Assembly: GCA_963733055.1 (NCBI GenBank) | Contig: CAVTBR010000001.1 | Coordinates: 896,001 to 960,000, forward strand | Length of the DNA stretch: 64,000 nucleotides | Source of the DNA: Candidatus Bathyarchaeota archaeon | GTDB taxonomy: Archaea; Thermoproteota; Bathyarchaeia; 40CM-2-53-6 | Reading direction: 5' to 3' | Shown here: positions 47,753-58,528 of the stretch, in pieces | How positions within the stretch are numbered: position 1 is the stretch's first letter | How the letters are laid out: the number at the start of each line of letters is the position of its first letter | Notes under the pieces: model-generated | Databases searched by the model: none | Seen by the model: the letters and a program-made list of their open reading frames with translations, nothing else | Told to the model about the DNA's origin: nothing | Translations under genes and position numbers: made by a program

Positions 47753-49120
47753 TCACGCAAGGTATTGATCAAACCGTGTTATATCCGAAAATTGCCCGAA
47801 AATCTGAACTTGCCATCCTTTCTTGAGATATGTTGTGTCCTCAGGCACCACTGGATAACCTTGTGAATCGTAAATTAATTCTATGGTAATCATCGGATGT
47901 TCTTTTCGTAAGTCGTGTATCTTTCTCGGTTTACGTACACTAAGGAGGCGATAGGAAGCTGATCCATCAGGCATGTAGCTGGTTGGTTCTAAGCGAAGCA
48001 AACTCTCGCGCTCACCCGCGCATATTGCGACGATTCGACGCGAAGCTGTTCCGTCTCCGAGTGGATTCTCATTGTTACGCAGTTTGGAACGTAATGTCTC
48101 GTCTTGCAGGAGTTTTCTTGATGCATTGACTATTACCGGCATTTCAGTTCCAACAAGGACATTGCCACCCGCTTCGATTGTTTCAGGCCTCTCAGTACTA
48201 TAACGCAAGGTCAAACAGGGGACTCCTAGTGTTAATGCCTCCTCTTGAACGCCACCGGAATCCGTAAGGACTATTCTTGACGCTTCTAACAAACGAAGGA
48301 AGTCCCAGTAGCCAAGTGGTTTTGTTACCTTAATGTGTGTGGATCGTTGCAAGGCTCTAAGCAAGTTGAACCTACGTAGCTTGTTTCGGGTTCTTGGATG
48401 AACAGGAAAAATGACTTGACAATCCTGTAGGCGCAGAAGGGCAGATATTATGTTATGAAGCCTTCGGGGGCTATCTACGTTCTCGCTTCGATGTGTAGTT
48501 ACCAATACTAATGGTTTTTCATTATCCGGAGCAAAACTCTCAAGAATGTTGGACTTCTTGTGAGCTTTCTTTGTTTGTGCTAAGCAGACCTCAACGATCG
48601 TATTGCCAGTGACATGAATCTTTTTGGGGGCGATACCTTCGCGTAAGAGGTTTTCTGCTGACCGCTTAGTTGGAGCAAAACAGAGCTGCGCGCATGCATC
48701 AGCGATCGTGCGGTTGATTTCCTCTGGCATGGTTCGATCGTAGCATCGTAGGCCAGCCTCAACGTGTCCGAAACACGTATTTAGTTTGACGGACGCGAGA
48801 CCCGCTGCGAGCACTGTATTTGTGTCACCTTCTGCAAGCACGATGTCGGGTCGATGACGTTCAATCAGATTCTCATATCCTTCGAGCATTTGCCCAGTCT
48901 GTCTCGCATGTGACCCTGACCCAATCTTCAGATTGAAGTCGGGAGCGGATAGCTCGAATTCCTGAAAGAAGAACTCAGACATCTCCATATCATAATGCTG
49001 TCCGCTATGAATGACTGTTAGCTTCACGTTTCTCCTGCCTGAGAACCCGTTTATGACCGGTGCCATTTTGATAATCTCAGGTCGAGTTCCTACGATGCAC
49101 ATTATGTGCCGCATTTTCAC
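47753..49120 (-). CDS. wecB: UDP-N-acetylglucosamine 2-epimerase (non-hydrolysing) with C-terminal extension
   Basis: GTRPEIIKMAP, SGQHYD, GDTNT, HVEAGLR, PEEINR, HRSEN, TDSGGVQEEA, TERPE. Confidence 0.94.
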   Translation of the reverse strand: MKMRHIMCIVGTRPEIIKMAPVINGFSGRRNVKLTVIHSGQHYDMEMSEFFFQEFELSAPDFNLKIGSGSHARQTGQMLEGYENLIERHRPDIVLAEGDTNTVLAAGLASVKLNTCFGHVEAGLRCYDRTMPEEINRTIADACAQLCFAPTKRSAENLLREGIAPKKIHVTGNTIVEVCLAQTKKAHKKSNILESFAPDNEKPLVLVTTHRSENVDSPRRLHNIISALLRLQDCQVIFPVHPRTRNKLRRFNLLRALQRSTHIKVTKPLGYWDFLRLLEASRIVLTDSGGVQEEALTLGVPCLTLRYSTERPETIEAGGNVLVGTEMPVIVNASRKLLQDETLRSKLRNNENPLGDGTASRRIVAICAGERESLLRLEPTSYMPDGSASYRLLSVRKPRKIHDLRKEHPMITIELIYDSQGYPVVPEDTTYLKKGWQVQIFGQFSDITRFDQYLA

Positions 49121-49256
49121 GGTTCACCTCGGAAGCTATCTGCGCAGTTGCGGTTAATTTGGAACGCGTTACCTCTCCAAAAACGGCCCAGAAACGACTG
49201 CAGCGTCTCTTGAGGTCAAATTGTAGATACCAAGTATTCGGCGCATGAGTTCGCGG

Positions 49257-50681
49257 TCATGTCCACGGCCGAAAGAGTTGTGTGGGTATTTGAGGACGAT
49301 GAATCAGCCCGTAGCCGACACCCCTAAAGATGAACCCAGCCTCAGTAGCCTTTGTTGGATCAATCAAGTGCCTAGTATCAACCAGAACCGGTTTGACACG
49401 CATTGCTTTGACCAGATTCCGGAGTTTCATTCCCTTGAACTCATCATGCTCTGTGAGAATGATGATACAATCAGCTCCCACCACCGCTCCCTGAATCGTC
49501 CGAGCGCGCGGAGCGCCGAAGGATTCGTCAGCGCGAGGGTCAAAGACAGTCACTTTCGCGCCCATTCCGAGGAGACCTCTAATCACAAGTCTTGCGGGGC
49601 TTTCACGCGTATCCCTAACGTTACCTTTGTAGGCTGTGCCTAACACCGCAACCTTGCTACCCTTGATGTGCTTCCTCGCCTCCGCAAGCCCCTGTTGAAC
49701 GAGTTCGATTGCATGCTCGGGCATAGCATCGTTGACTTCTCTCGCCGCACGTATCAGTTTCGGGCGAAAGCCCATCGCCTCAGCAAAGAATGTGAGAAGG
49801 AAAGGGTCCTTCGGCAAGCATGGCCCCCCAACCCCTGGCCCAGGCTGGAGAATTCTCACCCGCGGATGAGAGTTCGCCAGATTGATGACGCTTGAAGCGT
49901 CAACGCCCAACCTCTCGCACAATAGTGCAAGCTCATTCGCAAACGCTATCCCAACATCTCTGGCCGCGTTCTCAGCAAGCTTCACCACTTCAGCCGTCCG
50001 CGCGTCCGTAACCAGCAATTCGCCTTCTGTTATTTCTCTATAGAAACGCGAAATCATGTTGCCGCTTGACTCGTTATATCCACCGACCACCCTCGGACCT
50101 TTGCGAAGCTCCTCAAGCGCTCTTCCAGGAGACAATCTCTCGGGACAATGTGCTAACCAGAGATCAGAATCGCACTTAAGCCCGGATTCACCTTCAATTG
50201 TTGGGGCTATGAAGTTCTCTGTAGTTCCTGGTGGAATCGAACTCTCCACGGAGATCAGCTTCCCTCGGCTCAGGTTTCTACCCAGCAACTTACATGCTTG
50301 TTCGAGGAAGGACAGATCAGGTCTGCCTTCTCTCGATAACGGGGTCTGAACACATACAATCAGAAGATCAGATTCCTTCGTAAGTTGCTCTACATCGGTA
50401 GTCGTGCTGAGTCTTCTCAACCGGATGTTACTCTTGAGCAGTTTGTCAAGACCAGGTTCGTCAATGTGAGTCTTGGCCAATGCGACTTTGGAAACGATTC
50501 TCCTATTCACATCCGCCCCCACAGTTGTGAAGCCTCTCGAAGCCACCACCGTGGCAGTCATGAGCCCTATCTGCCCTAAGCCTATCACACCGACCCTGAG
50601 TTTCTTCGCAGTTATCTTCTGAGCCACTCTTCCCTCAGATAGAGCGCCCTTTCCGAGGAGTGAAGATACAGAATCATTCAA
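49257..50681 (-). CDS. wecC: Nucleotide-sugar dehydrogenase (UDP-ManNAc/GlcNAc 6-dehydrogenase type)
   Basis: GLGQIG, CVQTP, HCPER, AEVVKLAEN, GVGGPCLPKDP, D.RESP. Confidence 0.88.
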   Translation of the reverse strand: MNDSVSSLLGKGALSEGRVAQKITAKKLRVGVIGLGQIGLMTATVVASRGFTTVGADVNRRIVSKVALAKTHIDEPGLDKLLKSNIRLRRLSTTTDVEQLTKESDLLIVCVQTPLSREGRPDLSFLEQACKLLGRNLSRGKLISVESSIPPGTTENFIAPTIEGESGLKCDSDLWLAHCPERLSPGRALEELRKGPRVVGGYNESSGNMISRFYREITEGELLVTDARTAEVVKLAENAARDVGIAFANELALLCERLGVDASSVINLANSHPRVRILQPGPGVGGPCLPKDPFLLTFFAEAMGFRPKLIRAAREVNDAMPEHAIELVQQGLAEARKHIKGSKVAVLGTAYKGNVRDTRESPARLVIRGLLGMGAKVTVFDPRADESFGAPRARTIQGAVVGADCIIILTEHDEFKGMKLRNLVKAMRVKPVLVDTRHLIDPTKATEAGFIFRGVGYGLIHRPQIPTQLFRPWT

Positions 50682-51619
50682 CCTGAAACTACCTTGGGCC
50701 TATGGTAGATACCCCCCATCCACTCGATCGTCTTCGGTATTCCTTCCGAAAGTCGAGTCGCCGGGTTATGTCCTAGGTCATGTTTTGCTTTTGTTATGTC
50801 AGGCCTTTTGCTGACAACATTGTGTTTGTCTTCAGACAAGTATTCTACCAAAGAATCATTCTTGCCCAGATATCGAAGAATCATGTCCGAGGCAGATTTA
50901 ACATCCACATACTCCTCCCCTCCGATATTGTAAACTTCACCCGGCTTGAACCTATCAACGATATTTGCCAGTGTCCGGATTGCGTCATCAACATACATGA
51001 ACACTCGTTTGTAATCCAAAAACACTTGATACGGCAAGTCATGCATTGCACGGTAGATGAACAGGCACACGACGCTACGGTACGGCGTGTAGTACTCCCC
51101 TGGACCATACAGGTTAAACAACCTCACCGTCGTTGTCTCAGTTCCGCACCGTTCACTCGAATTTCTAATCTGACGCTCGTTAACCCACTTCGAGATCGCA
51201 TAATCATTCTTCTGTTGCAGTGGGATCTTCTCAGACAACTCCTCGGAAAGAAGTGTTCCAGTAGGAAGCTGGGGTTCTCCGTAGATTTCCGATGAGGAGA
51301 AATGAATGAGCCTGAAAGGCTTGGACTCTTGCACCCGGAGAATATTCTTTAATCCTATGACATTGGTCTCCCAGAGTTGTTCATAGAAGTCTTCGCCGTT
51401 CTTCCTCCCAAACTCGGCAGCGAGGTTGTACACGTAGTCGAAGCTTTGATTCAGCAAGGATTCAACCTGGCGGAATTTGGAGATGTCGCATCGCGTATGC
51501 CGAGGATTGTAAGAGTGGTGGAAGTCGCTCGTAAACACCTCGTGTCCCCTTTTGGTGAGTTCTTCAACCAAGGGACGCCCGACTGTCCCCGCACTTCCAA
51601 GAACTAGCACTCTAACCAT
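50678..51619 (-). CDS. NAD-dependent epimerase/dehydratase (extended SDR)
   Basis: GSAGTVG, SSSEIYG, YAISK, RLFNLYGP. Confidence 0.92.
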   Translation of the reverse strand: MVRVLVLGSAGTVGRPLVEELTKRGHEVFTSDFHHSYNPRHTRCDISKFRQVESLLNQSFDYVYNLAAEFGRKNGEDFYEQLWETNVIGLKNILRVQESKPFRLIHFSSSEIYGEPQLPTGTLLSEELSEKIPLQQKNDYAISKWVNERQIRNSSERCGTETTTVRLFNLYGPGEYYTPYRSVVCLFIYRAMHDLPYQVFLDYKRVFMYVDDAIRTLANIVDRFKPGEVYNIGGEEYVDVKSASDMILRYLGKNDSLVEYLSEDKHNVVSKRPDITKAKHDLGHNPATRLSEGIPKTIEWMGGIYHRPKVVSG

Positions 51620-51797
51620 GGAACTTCCCTAATCGACATCTACGGTGAATCGTTGTGTGTCTATTTGTACTTGTCCGTCGAGCACGACGTCGGATTGAAC
51701 TGTCCCCTGATCGAATCTTCACGACCAGTTAGCATCTGCCCTGACGCCGATGCGTTGACAACCATTTTGTATATGACATATTACCTAAGGGGTTTCG

Positions 51798-52865
51798 TCA
51801 CGGAAAGCGGCTCATAACGACTGGTGCTCCACGCCGGGAGAAAATCGTCTTTCGCACCCACCTTCGAAAAGCGGAAGGAGCTGAAAGTATGAAGGGATGT
51901 AAACAGACCTTGCATCCATAAGTCGGCGACCGGCCTCGTCGTCTACGTTTGCTTAATGTAGCCGCTATATGCTTGATATTCCATGCGTAGGCCCTCAGCA
52001 GCAACGTCTTTCCGCTCGCTCTAGGCTCCATCGTAAACCAGATAAAATCGATCAGGAACGAGGAAAATAGTCTCCCAACACCAAAATGAATTAGGTTTGA
52101 GCAAATCCTATTCCTGTTTGCCGAATAATCGGTGAAAAATTGATTCATCTTGCCGATGGTAGCCTGCCGTCTATGCCAAAGAACGGAATCGAAAACGTAA
52201 ACCACTCTGTAACCTGCTTCGCGCACACGAAGGCATAGATCAATATCTTCTTGATATATCGCAAAATCAGAATCATACGGGCCGACCTGATCTATGACCG
52301 ACCGTTTTACTATCATGGCGCCCCCGACATAATCGAAATCGCAAACATTTCTGTCATATTGCCCGGTGTCGATTTCTCCGAGTCCAATAACCCTCACTCT
52401 TCCACATAAGTACAGGTCACCACCTATGAAATCAATCGACTTAGTCCCAAACGCTAGCATCTTGCACCCCGACACGCCGACGCGTGGATCCAGTTGCATG
52501 AGCTTCACAATGGGTCTAAGCCAGCTGCGATCCACAACCATATCATTACAGATCAGAGCTAGACATTCACCTCTCGAGGCCCTAATCCCCGAATTAAAGC
52601 CTTCAGCGATTCCAAGATTACGATCGTTCTTAATGACGGCAACCTTGCTTCCGTAGTTACGTTCAACAAAAACGGCACTGCAGTCGCTTGATCCATTATC
52701 GACAAATATCGTTTCCAAATGAGGGTAGTCGCATTCGATGACGGAATCCAGGCACTCCTTGAGTTTTTCTTCCCCCATATATGCAAGGCCATTGTGATTG
52801 AGTATAACCACTGAAACTCGAGGAAAAACAGTTAGAGTCTCTTGCGACTCTTCGGAAGTCATCAC
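51798..52865 (-). CDS. Glycosyltransferase family 2
   Basis: VSVVILNHNG, VDNGSSD, NLGIAEGFN, EDIDLCLR. Confidence 0.92.
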   Translation of the reverse strand: MMTSEESQETLTVFPRVSVVILNHNGLAYMGEEKLKECLDSVIECDYPHLETIFVDNGSSDCSAVFVERNYGSKVAVIKNDRNLGIAEGFNSGIRASRGECLALICNDMVVDRSWLRPIVKLMQLDPRVGVSGCKMLAFGTKSIDFIGGDLYLCGRVRVIGLGEIDTGQYDRNVCDFDYVGGAMIVKRSVIDQVGPYDSDFAIYQEDIDLCLRVREAGYRVVYVFDSVLWHRRQATIGKMNQFFTDYSANRNRICSNLIHFGVGRLFSSFLIDFIWFTMEPRASGKTLLLRAYAWNIKHIAATLSKRRRRGRSPTYGCKVCLHPFILSAPSAFRRWVRKTIFSRRGAPVVMSRFP

Positions 52866-53077
52866 TCCATCCTCATTTGGTTTCTCTCAACTTGCAGTCG
52901 ACGTGAGACGAATACATTAGCAGATGTAGAAGAAACGCATAAAAGAACTTGTAGAGGACGACGGTACTATTCGTTACCACGACCGAACTCGATAAATGTG
53001 CTCGACGTTAGGCTCGTTGAGAAGGAATCGACAAGGCAATTTTCACCTGAAACACATATCGTCCAGACTTAATTCGC

Positions 53078-53962
53078 TCACGTGGCCGCGCTCCTAAGCA
53101 TTTCATACCTCGAGGAAAGCCCTAGCAACGCCCCTGCCGTTTCGGCCAGACCAGAAACCGCCCAAAACGGAATCATTCTAAACTTCAGTGTAAACAGACT
53201 TTTGACAATTTGGTACAAGGCATCCCGCGTCATTTCAAACGCAATTGGAATCGATCCGGATTTGAGAGCAAACTGTGCGTCCCCACGGCCGAAGCGAAAT
53301 CGCTGCTTGAAGAATGCTCGGAACTCACGCCGGTGTAAGTGATATGCTACGGCGGACGAGACACCGACCACATATTTGTCATTGCGAAGGCGTTCACAGA
53401 CGTCTTTATCCTCGCACGCAAATTCTAGAGCGGGATCAAATGGATATTCTGTCAGCAGATCTCTTCTGAAAAGCGAAGCGGCCATCCCAATATGATGCTT
53501 AGGTCCTTCCTGGTTGAATGACATGAAATTTTCGTCTTCGGCCCTTTGCCAATATGTCTCGTTCCGAAGGCTGAATACCTTCGCATTAATGCCGGCCCAG
53601 TGATGTTCCGCCAGCTCAGAAACCATCGTGCTAGTGCTGCCGGGCTCCAACACAACATCGCTGTCAACGAACATCACTAGTGGCTTTAGGGAAGCTTTGA
53701 CTCCGAGTGCTCTTGAATACCCTATAGATTTACCGTCGTTGATTAGGATAGACGCATTATACCGTTTGAGAATTTGGACAGTATCATCCGTTGAGAGCAT
53801 ATCCACGGCGACTATTTCCCCCGGCTCCTGGCCGCAAATAGATTTTAGACAAGCCTCTAACGTCGAAGAAGAGTTCTTTGTCAGAATTATAATCGACACA
53901 TTAGAATTCTTCCTCATGCGGCCATTATCCTCTATTCTATTGTTTCCGGCCTTCATTGACAA
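53078..53962 (-). CDS. Glycosyltransferase family 2
   Basis: VSIIILTKN, VD..STD, FVDSD, EDKD, QRFRFGRG. Confidence 0.9.
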   Translation of the reverse strand: MSMKAGNNRIEDNGRMRKNSNVSIIILTKNSSSTLEACLKSICGQEPGEIVAVDMLSTDDTVQILKRYNASILINDGKSIGYSRALGVKASLKPLVMFVDSDVVLEPGSTSTMVSELAEHHWAGINAKVFSLRNETYWQRAEDENFMSFNQEGPKHHIGMAASLFRRDLLTEYPFDPALEFACEDKDVCERLRNDKYVVGVSSAVAYHLHRREFRAFFKQRFRFGRGDAQFALKSGSIPIAFEMTRDALYQIVKSLFTLKFRMIPFWAVSGLAETAGALLGLSSRYEMLRSAAT

Positions 53963-54051
53963 TTATTCCACAAAAAGATAGCATCGCAAGTTGCCCTCGA
54001 CGAGGTCGATTGGGCTCTTCAAAGGTTGCACGACCATATCCTTGTCGGCAG

Positions 54052-56112
54052 TTATGGAGGCCCCAAGAATCCTTGATTTCTGAACCACTCGATCGAGTTT
54101 CTTAAGCCTTCATCGAGTGAATAAGTCGCGTCAAACCCTAGCAGTCTCCTCGCTTTGTCTCCTGAATAAATTGCGCCTCGCCCGTACACTTCGAGGTCGC
54201 TCTCTGAAGGGGAGATCGATTCAAGTCTCTTCAACGATGACATCAGCCTTCTTCCGCGTTTCAAAATGAGCGGCGGCTAGCTTTAGCGGTCCCAAAGTTC
54301 TGGAGGCGACACCGAGAGCTTCCTTCATAGCTACCCGAGATCTCAAGTCTGTCTTACCCGTCTCCTCAATTGGAGGAAACCCCAAGGCTCCATTGAGGCG
54401 TTGGAAATACTCGTTCCACGTAACGACCTCGCGGCCGTTTATGTTGAAAGCCTGCCCTATCGTCGGCCTCCTGCTCCAGAACCGACACGATTGCCCTCAC
54501 CAAGTCGTCCACATACACTAGATTACAGATTCCGCGACTCTCTCCGTACGCGAAGAGCTCCCGTGCAATGATCGCCTTTGCGAATTGTATGATCCAGTTC
54601 CTGCTGAACGGTCCATAGACGATCGACGGACGGAGGATGGTTATTGGGGCTCCTTGTTCGATGTACTCCCAACATATCTTCTCCGCCTCTATCTTGGACT
54701 CATTGTAGTCATCCCCAGTGTATGCAAACGGGGTGCTCTCATCGACGGTCCCATCGACGTGACCATATACCTCTGCCGTGCTCAAATGGACGAAACGCTT
54801 AACCCCCTTGCCCAGGGCCGCGTCCAATAGATTTCTCGTCCCTTCTTCGGTCACGCCTTTTGGACCTATCGCACAATGGACGATTTCGTTGACTCCGTCC
54901 AGAGCCTTTGAGATTTCGTTCTTGTCCATCAAATCAAATTTCCGAAATTTCACCGGAAACCGTCCTACGCGGTGCCGCACTCGACCAGCGCCTTATTCCG
55001 GCCGTTACGTCATGGTTGTTCATGTGAAGTACCTCGACAGCCCGGGCACCGACGAAACCGGTAGCGCCGGTGACCAAGACCTTATGCGTACTTCCTAACG
55101 AAACTCTCGGGCCTTCATACCACGGCATTGAGAATCTGGTTCTTTTTCGATAGTAGTCTTCAATCATACCGATTGAGTTAACTACGTCCTCTCCGGAAAC
55201 CAGCGGCCTCTCATGAGAAGTTATAACGTTCACGAAATTTGAAATCACTCGTACGAAGCAGTCCTCATAAGACTTCATGTCAGTTCTGATGTTCTGAACG
55301 GCGATGTTTCCCGAACGGTCAGTCACACTTATTCTGTTCCATTCTGATAGTTTGCCATGAGCAGAGCCCGAGTCTCCCTTAACATCAAACCGACTCTCAA
55401 GATCGAAGAAACGATTCAGGAATAACCGAATCTTGCATTGACCAGCAGATGCCGTAATCAATGACACTGATTCAGGTCCCCCATACGAATCATCTTGACC
55501 AAGGATTAGCTGTGGTTTTTTGTTTACCCACCAGCAGATCGAATCGATTACATGGGCCCCAATATCCAACACGACCCCTTTTGAGGACACTTCGGGGTTC
55601 ACGTAGAACCCCGCGGAACTCGGTGAATCGAACCTACGCCCCTCGTAGAAATCTATGGATGCCAAGTCGCCGAACTGGTGAGCGTCTATCATTTCCTTCG
55701 TTCTTTTGAGAGATGGATATAGCCTCCTGGTGTTGTCCACGCAGAGCGCGATTTCATTCTCAGCCGCCGCTTCATTGAGCTGTTGAACTTCGTTGGTGGT
55801 TTCCGCTAGCGGCTTCTCGCAGAGAACATGAATTCCAGCCTTCAAGAAGAACATGGCAACCTTGTAATGCAGCGAGTGCGGCACGGCAACAACGACGCCG
55901 TCCACTTTGTTTGTTATGTCTCGGTACTCTTCGAAAACCTGTCCATGATTCAGTCTCCCCGCCAGTGCTTTAGCCGCGTTTCGATTCGGGTCCACCAGAC
56001 ACAACTTGTCCAGTACTTCAGGAAATTTCTCAAGAGCCGAGGCGTAGTAGTCTGTTGCAACTGCTCCGCAACCCACAATTCCTATCCGAACAGTTTGCAC
56101 GATGGTCTCCAA
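54052..56112 (-). CDS. Gfo/Idh/MocA oxidoreductase fused to an NAD-dependent epimerase/dehydratase; three +1 frameshifts (~54971, ~54465, ~54273)
   Basis: GCGAVA, CEKP, LDIGAH; then in frame VLVTGATGFVG; shifted frames carry YNESK, RPSIVYGP, GQAFNING and DKARRLLGF; ~685 aa once corrected. Confidence 0.8.
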
Positions 56113-56430
56113 TACGAGGATGGTTTAAGCATTTATTGTGTGTTATCCCAGTATAGGAATAGAAGGCCACTGTACCATCGGAATCGTTTTCAGGTTTTGC
56201 AGAGGCACTCGATTATGCGACGAACATGCAGTTCAAGTTCTCGCGTCACCTAATTTGTGAAGAAGATGACTAGATACTAGACGCTAATGCTCATGCACAC
56301 TAACCTGAAACGCGATTCAATTCGTCTAGAGCTAGAACTTCGTTCACGCTTTTCAGAAGCAAGAACTTCAAGTTAATTATCCAGTTCCGCCATAGACACT
56401 TTCTCGAACCGCGAAAGGCGAGGGCCATAA

Positions 56431-57564
56431 ATGACTTCAGTTTTCATACCACCCGCAAAACCCTGTTTCTCTCAATCAGACATTGAAGAGATCAAAGGCG
56501 ACGTAGGTAAGATACTCGGCTCTGGAATGCTTACGCTTGGCGAGTATACAAAGAGATTTGAAAGCGAGTTCTCCAAGCTCGTGGACGTGCCACACGCAGT
56601 GGCCGTGAACTCAGGTACCAGCGCACTTGAGATTGCACTTCGAGCACTGGGTTTGAAGAACGGTGAAGTCATACTTCCAACCAACACTTTCGGTGCAACA
56701 GCCGCGGCCGTAATTTTTGCGGACGGAACACCAATCATAACGGACGTCAGTCGTGATGGCCTAACAATTGACTCAGATATCGTGAAACGCGCTCTAACTC
56801 CCCGGACAAAAGGTGTCATAGCGGTGCATATAGGAGGACTAATCTGCCCTGACATCGACAGCATGAGAGAACTGTGTGACGAGAAAGGCCTATTCCTGTT
56901 AGAAGATGCAGCACACGCGCATGGATCTATGATTGGAAACAAGAAAGCAGGTAACTTGGGGGCTGCAGGGTGTTTCAGCTTCTATCCCACTAAAATAATC
57001 ACGTCCGGAGAAGGCGGAATGATAACCACAAAAAGCGAAGAAGTCGCCACAGCCTCTAGAATTATGAGAGATCAAGGCAAGGAAAGTTTCAGTAGCAACA
57101 GAATCGTGCGTTTAGGGTACAATTGGAGATTGCCGGAAATCAGCGCTGCCATCGGCCTAGTGCAGCTTCGCCACCTTTCCGAGTTCATTCAAAGACGGAA
57201 TGCGATCGCGAGAATGTACGACAAGACCCTTGAAAACCTCGGAATTTCACGTGTAGTAACTCCCCCGAATCAATTGAACAACTTCTACAAGTACACTTAC
57301 TTCCTTCCTAAGAACGTGAAAAGGGACGAGTTCAAAGCAAAGTGTCGAGAACGGGGAGTAGCCTACGGTGGAGAAGTCTACTGGCCGCCCTTGCACCTGC
57401 AACCCGCCTTCAAAGACTTCCTACAAAACGGAACTCGTTTCGAAACTGCTGACGACCTATGCCAGAGAATGGTGAATCCACCAATTTTCAGTCAGATGAC
57501 TGACCAAGAGGTTAATTCGACGATTGACGTTACGCGGGAAGTCCTCAGTAAGCTAATGAGTTGA
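56431..57564 (+). CDS. DegT/DnrJ/EryC1/StrS sugar aminotransferase
   Basis: AVNSGTSAL, EDAAHAHG, FSFYPTK..TSGEGG, GYNWR. Confidence 0.94.
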   Translation: MTSVFIPPAKPCFSQSDIEEIKGDVGKILGSGMLTLGEYTKRFESEFSKLVDVPHAVAVNSGTSALEIALRALGLKNGEVILPTNTFGATAAAVIFADGTPIITDVSRDGLTIDSDIVKRALTPRTKGVIAVHIGGLICPDIDSMRELCDEKGLFLLEDAAHAHGSMIGNKKAGNLGAAGCFSFYPTKIITSGEGGMITTKSEEVATASRIMRDQGKESFSSNRIVRLGYNWRLPEISAAIGLVQLRHLSEFIQRRNAIARMYDKTLENLGISRVVTPPNQLNNFYKYTYFLPKNVKRDEFKAKCRERGVAYGGEVYWPPLHLQPAFKDFLQNGTRFETADDLCQRMVNPPIFSQMTDQEVNSTIDVTREVLSKLMS

Positions 57565-57570
57565 TACTAC

Positions 57571-58461
57571 TTGGTTGCCCTAGTTACAGGCGGTTCAGGT
57601 TTTATCGGTAGTCATGTAACAGACGCGTTGGCTGCCAAGGGCCTAACTGTTAGAGTGTTCGACAAGGCGCGGCCACTGCGAACTGATGTTGAGTGGTTTC
57701 AGGGAGATCTTCTTTCGAATGATGACGTTTACGAAGCATTGCAGGACGTTGAAATGGTCTTTCACCTCGCTGCCGTGGCGGATGTCAACGTGGCCTTAAC
57801 GGACCCTGAACTCTGTCTTAACGTGAATGAACTCGGCACGCTGAAATTACTTGAGGCCTGTTCCGGCCGTGAAGTGGAACGATTTATCCTGGCTTCAAGC
57901 GTCTGGGTATATGGTAAGGCAAGTGGAGAGGTGACTGAAGAGACACCACTCTCAATACCCGGAGACGTCTACACCAAAACAAAGATCGGCCAAGAACACC
58001 TCGTCTGTTCCTGGGGGCAGACCCATTCCCTCCCCTACACGATATTGCGATACGACATACCATACGGCCCTAGAATGCGAAGCAATATGGCAATAGCCGC
58101 ATTTGCTAGAAGGGCGATAAACAAGGAACCGATAACAATCTTTGGTGACGGAACACAAGGACGATGCTGGATCTTCGTAACCGATCTGGCAGAGGCGCAC
58201 ACCTTAGCCATGAAACCGGCAGCCAGCAAACAAATCATTAACATCGCAGGCAGGGAATTCGTCACCGTATCAAACATCGTTACAATGCTCACAAAGATAT
58301 TGGGCAACTTCCCAATCAAACATGAACCCCCAAGGCCGGGTGATTTTGCTGGTGTAAGGACTAGCATCGAGAAAGCAAAATCTGTACTTAGTTGGACACC
58401 GCAAACGTCGTTCGAAAAAGGTCTCTCGATTTATGTTGACGGAGTAAAAGCCAAACGATAA
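57571..58461 (+). CDS. NAD-dependent epimerase/dehydratase (GalE-like)
   Basis: TGGSGFIGS, HLAA, YTKTK, GDGTQ.R, RPGD. Confidence 0.92.
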   Translation: MVALVTGGSGFIGSHVTDALAAKGLTVRVFDKARPLRTDVEWFQGDLLSNDDVYEALQDVEMVFHLAAVADVNVALTDPELCLNVNELGTLKLLEACSGREVERFILASSVWVYGKASGEVTEETPLSIPGDVYTKTKIGQEHLVCSWGQTHSLPYTILRYDIPYGPRMRSNMAIAAFARRAINKEPITIFGDGTQGRCWIFVTDLAEAHTLAMKPAASKQIINIAGREFVTVSNIVTMLTKILGNFPIKHEPPRPGDFAGVRTSIEKAKSVLSWTPQTSFEKGLSIYVDGVKAKR

Positions 58462-58528
58462 CGGCGTTCAGCCCCAGCGCAACGGTAACGCTTGCCTAAG
58501 CGAAGAGAATTCAATGCGAGGATAGTGG

